Shown: positions 37,600 through 49,039, counted from the first letter of the whole stretch. The stretch: 63,752 nucleotides of DNA, filler included, from Octopus bimaculoides (GCF_001194135.2; 5 parts of 5 records of this genome joined end to end with filler, not necessarily neighbours in it); one strand, 5' to 3'. A program made the numbers and translations. Notes: generated from the sequence alone by a model not told the origin.

Positions 37600-37743
37600 A
37601 GGAGTGGCTGTGTGGTAAGTGGCTTGCTTACCAACCACATGGTTCCGGGTTCGGTCTCACTGTGTTGCACCTTGGGCAAGTGTCTTCTACTATAGCCTCG
37701 AGCCAACCAAAACCTTGCGAGTGGATTTGGTAGCTGGAAGCCT

Positions 37744-37745
<2 letters not shown>
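37600..37745 (+). mobile_element. SINE family B, 5' part
   Basis: Head and centre after the gap. Confidence 0.85.
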
Positions 37746-37796
<51 letters not shown>

Positions 37797-38213
37797 ATGT
37801 ATGTGTGTGTCTGTTTATGTTTGTGTGATGGAAGCTGAAAGGAACGGCCATCAGACTTTGCACCTGCTCAAGATTCCTTTTGAAATCATTTTATGCCAAG
37901 TATATTTATCTATTTATATATTTATGAATTTTCATATCATATCTTGTGTATATAAATGCACCTATGTGTGCTGTGGAGTATTCAAACACTTTGAAATATA
38001 TCAAGTGATTAAGAACACTGACCTTTGAAATTTGTCCTCCCTTTCTTGGTTTTGTGTGTGTGTATGCATGTATGTGTATATATATATACATACATATGCA
38101 TGTATGCATATATATATATATATATGCCCTATTATTAGACTATTTTCCTTATTCATTGTGCAGTGATTGCTTTTAAACTTTAAGCTTATAAAATACTATT
38201 ATTATTAGTTACA

Positions 38214-38244
<31 letters not shown>

Positions 38245-38696
38245 NNNNNNNNNNNNNNNNNNNNNNNNNNNNNNNNNNNNNNNNNNNNNNNNNNNNNNNN
38301 NNNNNNNNNNNNNNNNNNNNNNNNNNNNNNNNNNNNNNNNNNNNNNNNNNNNNNNNNNNNNNNNNNNNNNNNNNNNNNNNNNNNNNNNNNNNNNNNNNNN
38401 NNNNNNNNNNNNNNNNNNNNNNNNNNNNNNNNNNNNNNNNNNNNNNNNNNNNNNNNNNNNNNNNNNNNNNNNNNNNNNNNNNNNNNNNNNNNNNNNNNNN
38501 NNNNNNNNNNNNNNNNNNNNNNNNNNNNNNNNNNNNNNNNNNNNNNNNNNNNNNNNNNNNNNNNNNNNNNNNNNNNNNNNNNNNNNNNNNNNNNNNNNNN
38601 NNNNNNNNNNNNNNNNNNNNNNNNNNNNNNNNNNNNNNNNNNNNNNNNNNNNNNNNNNNNNNNNNNNNATATTTACAGAATATATAGAGAGAGAGT

Positions 38697-38790
38697 GTGA
38701 GAAGGCTGGCCTCTTTGAAATACACGTACTACTCGTTTTCGCCAGCTGAGTGGACTGGAGTAACGTGAAAATAAAGGATCTTGCTCAAAC
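38697..38790 (-). mobile_element. SINE family E fragment
   Basis: GCCAGCTGAGTGGACTGGAG...TCTTGCTCAA. Confidence 0.7.
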
Positions 38791-38955
38791 TACTATTATT
38801 ACCACTACTATTACACCAAATGGTACAGAACCATTCCACACTATGATTACCATTCCACGAGGTTAAACACTCTCTGCCAATGGATCACAGTGAACTGCTT
38901 GTCCTGAACTGCAGAGAGTTCTTTATTTTATACCATTGTGCCAATCCACTTTTAG

Positions 38956-39037
38956 TCACATGGGGGATGGTCAGTATCCTTCCATGACAAATTCGTTATT
39001 GAACACAGTGCTCCCACTGACTGAAAGAAGTAAAACG
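38956..39037 (+). CDS. Exon of unidentified gene, phase 2-0
   Basis: CACTTTTAG acceptor and GTAAAA donor; HMGDGQYPSMTNSLLNTVLPLTERSKT; followed by a 68-nt intron. Confidence 0.6.
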
Positions 39038-39105
39038 GTAAAAAGATATTGAAGAAAATACTTAATCCAATTAATTAACTGTTTTTGTTTGTTAATTCTT
39101 TGTAG

Positions 39106-39226
39106 GCGCTCGATATCCCGGAACTGGAGTCTGAAGAACCATTGAAGCGAGCCGAGCAGAACCTTCTCAAGTCCCCAACGCCGGTCAAAATCAACCAATC
39201 ATCAAGCATTAGCACACTGACACAAT
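39106..39226 (+). CDS. Exon of unidentified gene, phase 0-1
   Basis: TTCTTTGTAG acceptor and GTAATT donor; ALDIPELESEEPLKRAEQNLLKSPTPVKINQSSSISTLTQ. Confidence 0.75.
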
Positions 39227-39513
39227 GTAATTGCTTTTTATCAGTCTTTAATCCTGGTCAGTCATGGTGCAGTGGATTTAGGATCAAAGGGGTTCCAGTC
39301 GTGGCCATCCTGTCTTTTACTCAGGCAGCCATATTGTAATCTGTCTGTTTGTCCCCCACCCTCCAGCATCACTTGACAAGTGATGCCGGTGTGTTTATTT
39401 TTCTGCTCAAAAAGGATCTTATCCTATATATACTCTTCTATCAGAATTATATTTATATATACAATATATACATACACATATACACGCAGAAAATTACTAT
39501 TGTCTCACACATA

Positions 39514-39930
39514 AGCGTAGGAGTGGCTGTGTGGTAAGTAGCTTGCTTACCAACCACATGGTTCTGAGTTCAGTCCCACTGCGTGGCATCTTGGGCAAGT
39601 GTCTTCTACTATAGCTTTGGGCCAACCAAAGCCTTGTGAGTGGATTTGGTAGACGGAAACTGAAAAGAAGCCTGTTGTATATATGTATATATATATATAT
39701 GTATGTGTGTTTGAGTGTTTGTGTTTGTCCCCCCCACCATCGCTTGACAACCGATGCTGGTGTGTTTATGTCCCCATAACTTAGCGGTTCGGCAAAAGGA
39801 GACCGATAGAATAAGTACTAGGCATCCAAAGAATAAGTCCTGGGGTCGATATGCTCGACTAAAGGTGGTGCTCCAGCATGGCCGCAGTCAAATGACTGAA
39901 ACAAGTAAAAGAGTAAAAGTGTAAAAGAGT
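39514..39930 (+). mobile_element. SINE family B, full length (intronic)
   Basis: Best-preserved copy in the window. Confidence 0.92.
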
Positions 39931-40040
39931 AATACACATATACACACAAAACAATTTCTATTGTCTCACACATATATAATATATATATCTTTGCTGAAAT
40001 GTTTTACTGAGAATTGAACCCCTGTCTTCTTCTCTTTCAG

Positions 40041-40150
40041 CCCTAAAAGCTGCCTTCAGTGAGAGAAACCTCTTCCCAAGATATGTCATTGAGACCGAGC
40101 AAAAAATGAAGTTACAACACCAGGAAATTCTTCAACAGGGAGCAACTAAT
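40041..40150 (+). CDS. Exon of unidentified gene, phase 1-0
   Basis: TTCTCTTTCAG acceptor and GTATGA donor; (S)LKAAFSERNLFPRYVIETEQKMKLQHQEILQQGATN. Confidence 0.78.
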
Positions 40151-40194
40151 GTATGATTATTATTATTATTATTATTATGTTGTTGTTGTTGTTT

Positions 40195-40345
40195 TTTATC
40201 TTCTTTCTTCAAATTTTCTTAATTTATCAACCCTGAAAGATGAAAAACAAAGTCAAACTCAGCAGAATTTGAACTCAGAATGTAAAGACAGACGAAATAC
40301 CGCTAAGCATTTTGCCTGGCGTGCTAACGTTTTTGCCAGTTCACC
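40195..40345 (-). mobile_element. SINE family A, 5' part
   Basis: AGAATTTGAACTCAGAA...TACCGCTAAGCATTTTGCCTGGCGTGCTAAC. Confidence 0.8.
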
Positions 40346-40429
40346 TCTTGGTATATTGCCAAAGGCCTTGATTACTTACCACTGCCTCCACAAGGCCCAA
40401 AGTTTGAAGGGGGCTTTTTACATGCCACC

Positions 40430-40738
40430 AGCACAGTTTTTTAAAATGAAAATATCTGAAATAAACTCAACTGCTCTCACAAACGAGAATACTAAAAATG
40501 AACCTGACTGCTCTCAAAAATTAAGTAAAAAAAAGACAGAAAAAATAATCCAGAATCTTTGTCTGGTACCGGATCGATCCCAAAATCTAATCAGTTCATG
40601 CCAGTCATGAGGCCAAACATACCTGAAAGTTTCATCCGAATCCATCCAGCGGTCCTTGAGATATCTTGTCCACGGACAAACAAACAACCAAACATGAGTG
40701 AAAACAATACCTCCTCCTTAGCAAAGGTGGAGGTAATA
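40430..40738 (+). mobile_element. Helentron/HINE-like non-autonomous element
   Basis: AAGTTTCATCCGAATCC...GAGATATCTTG, a (CAAA)n tract and a terminal hairpin TACCTCCTCCTT-AGC-AAAGGTGGAGGTA at 40708-40735. Confidence 0.6.
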
Positions 40739-40742
40739 GAAG

Positions 40743-40777
<35 letters not shown>

Positions 40778-41142
40778 CAGCTGTCATCGGTAAAAGGCCT
40801 GTAACCAGCAGAAAAGAACTTTAACAAAATATTTCTTCATTGTCGCCCAATAGACATATATTGAATAAACTCTTAAACAAATCAATATCCACATTTTATT
40901 GAATGAAATCAATATCTACTTACATTGTTCAATTGTTAACTGTTCGATTGCTGAATAGCTTATATGACTTGCTATTGTGTTTCTTTGTAGCTATCTGTGT
41001 CTATTTCAGTTTTTCTATTAGTCGGATGTGTTTCTTTCAAAAATCAAATTATCGATCATCATCATAATCATCATCATTATTACCATTATTATGCTATCTA
41101 TCTATCTATCTATCTATCTGTGTGTGTGTGTGTGTGTATATA

Positions 41143-41264
41143 TAGGGAAGGGGCATCCAGCCGTAGAAACCCTGCCAAATCAGAATGGAGCCTGGTACAA
41201 CTCCTCAGCCTGCCAGCCCCGGTCAAACCATCCAACCCATGCCAGCATGGACAACAGACGTTAA

Positions 41265-41304
<40 letters not shown>

Positions 41305-41354
41305 CAATGACGATGGTGACAATGACGATGATGGTGATGATAACAATGATGATG

Positions 41355-41386
<32 letters not shown>

Positions 41387-41400
41387 GATGGTGAACATGC
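41143..41400 (+). mobile_element. RTE tail with expanded (GAT/GAC)n
   Basis: GGAAGGGCATCCAGCCGTAGAAA...GACGTTAAATGATGAT followed by about 130 nt of triplets. Confidence 0.85.
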
Positions 41401-41467
41401 AAATTTGTTTCATGATTATAAGCACCTGTATACAGTATATAATTGTGTGTGTGCGTGTGTGCGTATA

Positions 41468-41620
41468 GCCAGGCTTCTTTCAGTTTCCATCTACCAAATC
41501 TACTCACAAGGCTTTGGTCGACCTGAGACTATAGAAGACACTCGCCCAAGGTGCCCTGCAGTGGGACTGAACCTGGAACCATGTGGTTGGTAAGCAAGCT
41601 ACTTGCCACACAGCAACGCT
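41468..41620 (-). mobile_element. SINE family B, 5' half
   Basis: Reverse-complement head and centre. Confidence 0.85.
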
Positions 41621-41936
41621 TATACACACACACATATATATGTATGTATATATATATATATATAAAATCTGGTAATTAGTCATATATTAATTAATATCGA
41701 TTAATTATCAGTAGGCCAGCACATCTAAAGAATCAAAGAGATTCAGAAATATTATCTGCAATCTCAGGGGATTAAGGTACATTTTAAAAAATAACGTCGA
41801 CCACTAACGTGGACAATTAATGCGCTAGAAATAGATCACATCTTGTGTCTATTAAAACCTAAATTGTTCTCAACATGAAATATAGCAGCATACCAAAACG
41901 TGAGCGGGCAAGACATTTAAAACCACCCAAACAAGC

Positions 41937-42031
41937 ATTCTGAAACAAGAACTAGTTTCAGATTTAACAAATTTTTACCATTTGTCTATTCCTCATCAGC
42001 CTGATTTGTAATGAACCGTAATCATCAGAAT
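41937..42031 (-). ncRNA. Type I hammerhead ribozyme motif
   Basis: Minus strand CAGG-CUGAUGA-[13-bp stem II with 11 pairs, loop GGUAAAA]-GAA-ACUAGU-U-CUUG; distal stem I AUUCUGA/UCAGAAU; palindromic stem III. Confidence 0.7.
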
Positions 42032-42870
42032 CGTATACAGAGTTGCCCACCGCCATGGGTGCGCGTGCATATGGTTCTGCTAATTACAGCTTAATGGTAA
42101 AATTCAAAAGTCTTCGTTTTGGCGCGCTAATTCCAGGAATATATCCGCAGAAAATATTTACTGCGTCTTTTATATTCAGTATGAGAACATGGGCAATGGG
42201 TAAAATATTATTATAAAATCTGGTNNNNNNNNNNNNNNNNNNNNNNNNNNNNNNNNNNNNNNNNNNNNNNNNNNNNNNNNNNNNNNNNNNNNNNNNNNNN
42301 NNNNNNNNNNNNNNNNNNNNNNNNNNNNNNNNNNNNNNNNNNNNNNNNNNNNNNNNNNNNNNNNNNNNNNNNNNNNNNNNNNNNNNNNNNNNNNNNNNNN
42401 NNNNNNNNNNNNNNNNNNNNNNNNNNNNNNNNNNNNNNNNNNNNNNNNNNNNNNNNNNNNNNNNNNNNNNNNNNNNNNNNNNNNNNNNNNNNNNNNNNNN
42501 NNNNNNNNNNNNNNNNNNNNNNNNNNNNNNNNNNNNNNNNNNNNNNNNNNNNNNNNNNNNNNNNNNNNNNNNNNNNNNNNNNNNNNNNNNNNNNNNNNNN
42601 NNNNNNNNNNNNNNNNNNNNNNNNNNNNNNNNNNNNNNNNNNNNNNNNNNNNNNNNNNNNNNNNNNNNNNNNNNNNNNNNNNNNNNNNNNNNNNNNNNNN
42701 NNNNNNNNNNNNNNNNNNNNNNNNNNNNNNNNNNNNNNNNNNNNNNNNNNNNNNNNNNNNNNNNNNNNNNNNNNNNNNNNNNNNNNNNNNNNNNNNNNNN
42801 NNNNNNNNNNNNNNNNNNNNNNNNNNNNNNNNNNNNNNNNNNNNNNNNNNNNNNNNNNNNNNNNNNNNNN

Positions 42871-42902
<32 letters not shown>

Positions 42903-43587
42903 GAGAGACAGAGAGAGAGAAAGAGAGAGGGAGAGTGGGAGATATATACACTGGAATATTAAATCGGAATTGACTGCACATTGCATTGTTAATAAATGCG
43001 CATACTTGTGTCCTATTTATGCATTGAGGAATGCAGCTGCTCTGCAATTTAATTCGCTGGTGTTAACATATGCAGAAAGAACATGCATGCATGCATATGG
43101 ACGCATGTTCGCATTCTGCTCACATGAACACAGAAATGCATCGATACTCATCTATATTTGTATCTTCATTGATGCCACTGCGTTCACAGATGCATACTGC
43201 AATATATACATGTGTGTGTGTGTGTGTGTCTATATGCATACACACACACACACACACATGCATATATATATGATTTGCTCGACTAAAGGCAGTGCTCCAG
43301 CATGGCCAGTCAAATGACTGAAACAATTTAAAGAATTGAAAGAGTAAAAGAACACACACACACACACACACAAACACACACATATGTATTATGTTTGGTA
43401 TGGATGTATATACTCTTGATGTGCTCAAGGGTCAATTGGGTCGTGCCAAGAAGTCACAAACTCCTCATACCAGGAGATTTCAACATCAGGGTCAGACAAG
43501 CGGACGTTAAATGATGATGATGATGATGATGATCATTATATATATGTATATATATATATATATATATANNNNNNNNNNTTTATATTT

Positions 43588-43985
43588 TATCTTTTACATG
43601 TTTCATTCATTTGACTGTGGCCATCCTGGGGCAGCACCTTGAATTTTTAACTGAATGAATCAGCCCCAGCAATTATTTTTTGAAGCCTGGCACTTATTCT
43701 ATCGATATCTTTTGCTGAACTGCTAAGTTACAGAGATGCAAACACACCAATACTGGTTGTCAAGCAGTGTTGTGGTGACAAACACAGACATAAAGACACA
43801 CACACACACACATATAGATATATATATATACTCAATGGGATTCTCTCAGTTTCCATTGACCAAATCAACTCATAAGTCTTTGGTCTGCCTGGGGCAATAG
43901 TAGAAGACACTTGACCAAGATTTCATACAGTGAGATTGAACCTCAAAGCATGTGGTTGGGAAGCTAGCTTTTTACAACACAGCTA
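43588..43985 (-). mobile_element. SINE family B, diverged full copy
   Basis: Tail, internal microsatellite and head all present on the minus strand. Confidence 0.8.
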
Positions 43986-44001
43986 CTTCTATGTATGCAT
44001 G

Positions 44002-44085
<84 letters not shown>

Positions 44086-44186
44086 TGTATATATGTGTAT
44101 ATATATGTTGTGTGTGTATGTATGTATGTATGTATGTATGTATGTACGTACGTACGTATGTATGTATATGTATATACACACACACG

Positions 44187-44462
44187 TGGGTGGAGCTGAA
44201 AAGTTCCGGGCTTTGGGTAAAAGAACATCCAGGAAGATCAGTTAATCATGATTCCATTCTATCGGCCTTTTTTGCTGAACCACTATGTTACAGGGATGCA
44301 AACACACCAACATGTAATGGATAGAAGCTTGCTTCCCAACCACATGGTTCCAGGTTCAGTCCCACTGCATGGCACCTTGGGCAAGTGTCTTCTACTATAG
44401 CCTCAGGCCAACCAAAGCCTTGTGAGTGGATTTGGTAGACGGAAACTGAAAGAAGCCCGTCA
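44187..44462 (+). mobile_element. Mariner-MITE left end plus SINE B pieces
   Basis: GGAGCTGAAAAGTTCCGGGCTTTGGGTAAAAG at 44187-44258, minus B piece to about 44300, plus B head and centre to 44462. Confidence 0.7.
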
Positions 44463-44892
44463 TATATATATATATATATATATAAGGTAAAAGTTAGAGG
44501 CAATACTTGACAATTGTAAGCACCTGTGTATGCCAGCTCATGGTTGAGGTGAAAGAATAAATTGTAAATGTAAAAAATAACAACAAAAGCACAAAGGATT
44601 CTGCGGTACACGTGTTTCAAGCTTTATATCAGTGTATAATTGCCAATACAAAGCTATCTTCAGCCGCAAAAGTATTTCTCTCCCAGGAAATTATATCACA
44701 TCGGCGTTAAAGGAGGGAGAAAGGTGCGATATAAGAGGTGAAGTTCCTTTCGGTATTTTGCATTGTACTACGAGGNNNNNNNNNNNNNNNNNNNNNNNNN
44801 NNNNNNNNNNNNNNNNNNNNNNNNNNNNNNNNNNNNNNNNNNNNNNNNNNNNNNNNNNNNNNNNNNTATATATATATATATATATATATGCC

Positions 44893-45062
44893 AATGTGTT
44901 TATGTCCTCGTAACTTAGTGGTTCAGGAAAAGACACTGATAGACTAAGTACAAGGCTTACAAAGAATAGGTTCTCGGGTTGATGTCTTCGACTATCATCC
45001 TTTAAGGCGGTGCTCCAGCGGGGCTGCAGTCAAATGACCGAAACAAGTAAAAGAATAAAAGA
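44893..45062 (+). mobile_element. SINE family B, 3' half
   Basis: Tail motifs GCGGTGCTCCAGC...CAGTCAAATGAC. Confidence 0.8.
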
Positions 45063-45677
45063 AAAAAAAAGACATATTGCACACACACAATCACCGACGC
45101 TTTTTTTATATGCCAAGGGAAACAACTTCTCATATGTACAAGGGAGGCAACTCAATATGATCAACGTTTTCTAAAAAAGAGCTGACAACTAGTCATGTTT
45201 TTTAGTTCGTAATTCGCTTTTCTTAACTGTTTTAGTCTTTTAATGCTGTTGGGTAACTAGGGGAATGAGCGGGGGTGGGGGTGGACAGTCTGGTCTTGGT
45301 GACGCTTATACGTGGGTGTCAATTTGGGGTCTGCTATATAAGCCTGTATAGAGATTGCTGAGGTGGGTTTTTCCGTGTGGCACCCATTCTGGCCTCCGAA
45401 TCGGTCTAATGTTGTCACGATCATTGAACCAAACGGGTCAGCTAGAATGCAGAGAGTCTGTGAACTTGAATTCTCTTCCTTGAAGCATGAAAACTCCTTC
45501 TACGAATACCAGTCAATAATAATGCCATCTCCATATCCAGTAGAGATGTTTCTAGAGACTTTTGACAGCTTTGGAATTTTCATTAAAGCAAAGAGAAGCA
45601 GGCATTGTAAATTCTTGTTTTTTTCTTTCCTACTTGGCACACCATTGTCATATTTCTGAAAAGAGATAAAATTTATT

Positions 45678-45816
45678 GTAAAAATTATTTGCCAATATAA
45701 TGTGGCAGTCCTGATTAGGACGATTGTTACTGTTATTTAGCCCCAGGACACATCGTCTCCAGCTGGCTATATGACACACTATTTGTGTCCTTGGACGTTG
45801 TTTCCTGGGGCTAAAT
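45678..45816 (-). mobile_element. Partial second copy of the retrozyme-like unit with a short inverted end
   Basis: Matches 2817-2930; 45793-45816 is an inverted copy of about 45735-45760. Confidence 0.75.
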
Positions 45817-45839
45817 GACTCTGTTCTATCCAGCCCCAC

Positions 45840-46160
45840 TATGAGCACAACATCATTTGCCCAATGTGGAGAATATGTGACCAGCATTGCCCAAATCCCA
45901 CATCAAATTCAGAATTTATCCAAGGCTGGGGTCACATGCCTTACACTCCCTACACAATCCAGGATCACAGCACATCAATACACTGCAACACGATTTCTTT
46001 CCCTCAACAGACCCTTCTCCATTGAGCATTATCGCAAAACAAATCAAAGAAGAAAAAGATACTATCACCTTCAAATGGAATTTCTTCAATGGGTTTACCA
46101 GAGAAGCCACCTCTGCCTTGATACATCTCAGTCAATAACAACTCCCTTCTTGAATGGGTC
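45840..46160 (+). pseudogene. Decayed PLE GIY-YIG endonuclease fragment
   Basis: SRITAHQYT and, after a frameshift, PLSIIAKQIKEEKDTITFKWNF resemble the R-x3-H and LS-x-YIWxLK...ITW motifs of PLE endonucleases. Confidence 0.45.
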
Positions 46161-46329
46161 ATGATATCACAAAACTTAACTTTAAAACGACTTAGCAGAT
46201 TCTATCAAGTGTTGCCATTAAATCAGACATGGTTCTGGGCCAATGTTTGACTGCTGATACATATCCGAGTTTATATTATATTACACGATTAATATGTTAC
46301 ATCATGTTGCATTTTATTCTGTTTTCCAG

Positions 46330-46515
46330 GAACAACACGAGAGCAAGTCTGGCAAAATGCCAAAGCAAGTGTCCAGTAAAGTAGCCAGCAAGGGCCGGTC
46401 ACAATACCCGAGAGTTTGGCAAGGCCAGGTGAAGCTGACCAAACTCAAGACAGTTGTTGCTTTCTCAAAGAAAAGACCAAAAACAAAAAAAGGCACCAAG
46501 AAGTTAGAAGATTAG
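46330..46515 (+). CDS. Terminal exon of unidentified gene, phase 0, Lys-rich
   Basis: TTCTGTTTTCCAG acceptor; EQHESKSGKMPK...PRVWQGQVKLTKLKTVVAFSKKRPKTKKGTKKLED*. Confidence 0.72.
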   Translation, partial: EQHESKSGKMPKQVSSKVASKGRSQYPRVWQGQVKLTKLKTVVAFSKKRPKTKKGTKKLED

Positions 46516-47434
46516 ATTAATTTAGATTAATTTGAAGAAGACACAATATATATAATATTTAAAACAATTTGATCCGGTTACATGCGACTAAATGTTTAGC
46601 TGGTCTCTACAGAAGCTCATCTCTTTCAGGCTTTGGATTACCTCATGGAACTGAATCAAACTATTCTGAATAGTACATAATAGAACTCCTACAAAATATG
46701 TTGAGTGCCTTTTTTCTTTCGTTTGTCCACCTGTTAGCGATTTCTTTTTCTTCTTGGGACTTTTCCCCCTCTCCTTTCCAACAAAGAGCTCAGCTCAAAA
46801 CGTAAAACTCTCCCTTTTCACCAAGCCTCATGATAATACATTTCTTGTCCATGTCCTCTTGTTTTCCATTAGTTTAAATCATTTATTTTAATTGATTATA
46901 TATATATATATATACACATACATTCTTCAAATCTAAAGAATCTATCAGAGTAGATGAAAGTGCTAAAATATGATTTATAAAACCATGTGACATATTAATA
47001 AAAGTCTGTAAATGTACAACCATCCAGATCTCTGAGTGCCTTATTATTTTTTCTAATATATAATACCTGTACATCACCTCCAAACCTTTTAATATACATG
47101 ATGGACTCTCCGATCGTTAGATGATGTATGAGGGTTCGACAATTTCTTACTGAACAACCACATATAAATAAATATATATATATAAATAAATAAATAAATA
47201 TATATAAATAAATATATATAAATAAATATATATAAATAAATATATATATATATATATATAAATAAATATATATAAATAAATATATATATAAATATATATA
47301 TATATATACATATATAAATATATATATATATATANNNNNNNNNNNNNNNNNNNNNNNNNNNNNNNNNNNNNNNNNNNNTTAATTAATTAANNNNNNNNNN
47401 NNNNNNNNNNNNNNNNNNNNNNNNNNNNNNNNNN

Positions 47435-47516
47435 CGACAGTTATACCCTCCAGCCTTCATCAGGTGTCTTGGGGAAATTTCGAACCTGGGTTCTCATTCC
47501 TAAGTTATTTTTTCGA

Positions 47517-47615
<99 letters not shown>

Positions 47616-47735
47616 TATCATCATTATTATTCAGGTCACTGCCTGGAACCGAATTCGGAATCTTGGGGTTAGTAGCCCGCGATCTTAACCCCGAGATTCC
47701 GAGTTCCATTCCAGGCAGTGACCTTAATAATAATA
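47435..47735 (-). mobile_element. tRNA-headed SINE-like element with HHR half-core in the tail and a 5' inverted duplication
   Basis: Minus strand tRNA-like ...CGCGGGCTACTAACCCCAAGATTCCGAATTCGGTTCCAGGCAG, internal (ATA/ATG)n, then ACAC-CTGATGA-AGGCTG up to a gap; 47623-47671 and 47686-47735 are inverted copies. Confidence 0.7.
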
Positions 47736-47774
47736 TTGGATCCAACGTGTACAAATGCAAAACAAAAGTCAAAC

Positions 47775-47775
<1 letters not shown>

Positions 47776-47838
<63 letters not shown>

Positions 47839-47877
47839 TAATAATAATAATGATAATAATAATAATAATAATAATAT
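47776..47877 (+). repeat. (AAT)n microsatellite
   Basis: About 100 nt of AAT triplets with a few GAT. Confidence 0.95.
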
Positions 47878-47944
47878 ATGATTATATATATACAGAGCTA
47901 CATAGATAGATACATACATAAATACAAACGGACAAGTATTTTCA

Positions 47945-47979
<35 letters not shown>

Positions 47980-48392
47980 GGAACCGACAATAAACCGCAA
48001 TCCCTATAGGCCGCCATAAATAAAGTTCATGATGACATTTAACAATGTATATATAAATACGTTGTGTTGTACTTAATGCTGTTGAAATATGTAATCCTCT
48101 AAAGTTTGCTCCCTAAATTAAGACGTTTGCGTAAAACCTTGAAATAGATGATTGAATCAATGCAAAACTAGCTATTTTTGGTGTGGTAGGAACCTTTAGT
48201 TGTTGCTGATGTTACTGATGTTGATGCTGTAGTTAATTTTCATGTTTTTGTTGGTGGTGGCGGCGGCTGTGGTGTTGGTGGTGGTGGTGGTGGTGGTGGT
48301 GGTGAAGATGGTTCATTGAATCATCTTGATGATGCTTCTTCTGCTAACAGCGCTATGCCTGTTGTTTTTCTCTGTGTGTGTGTTTATGAAGT

Positions 48393-48426
<34 letters not shown>

Positions 48427-49039
48427 NNNNNNNNNNNNNNNNNNNNNNNNNNNNNNNNNNNNNNNNNNNNNNNNNNNNNNNNNNNNNNNNNNNNNNNNNN
48501 NNNNNNNNNNNNNNNNNNNNNNNNNNNNNNNNNNNNNNNNNNNNNNNNNNNNNNNNNNNNNNNNNNNNNNNNNNNNNNNNNNNNNNNNNNNNNNNNNNNN
48601 NNNNNNNNNNNNNNNNNNNNNNNNNNNNNNNNNNNNNNNNNNNNNNNNNNNNNNNNNNNNNNNNNNNNNNNNNNNNNNNNNNNNNNNNNNNNNNNNNNNN
48701 NNNNNNNNNNNNNNNNNNNNNNNNNNNNNNNNNNNNNNNNNNNNNNNNNNNNNNNNNNNNNNNNNNNNNNNNNNNNNNNNNNNNNNNNNNNNNNNNNNNN
48801 TATATATATATATATTAATTTCTTTTTTGTGCGTGTGTGCTTGCTTCATTTTGTGAAAAGTATACATAAAAAGGCGGTGCGGAAGCATGGCCTCAGTCAA
48901 ATGAGTGAAAGAAATAAAAGAATAGAAGAATACATTAATATCTATTTATCTATCTATCACTCTTCAATCTCTCCTTCTGTCACTCTCCCTCCCTCTCTCT
49001 CTCTCTCTCTTGTATGTTCTCTATCCCGTTCTCTCTTGA

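Noticed and set aside
45363-45659. 98-aa ORF preceded by TATATAAG
   Set aside because: No recognisable domain, GTG start and no usable splice sites; it is not needed for the exon chain, which is already in phase.
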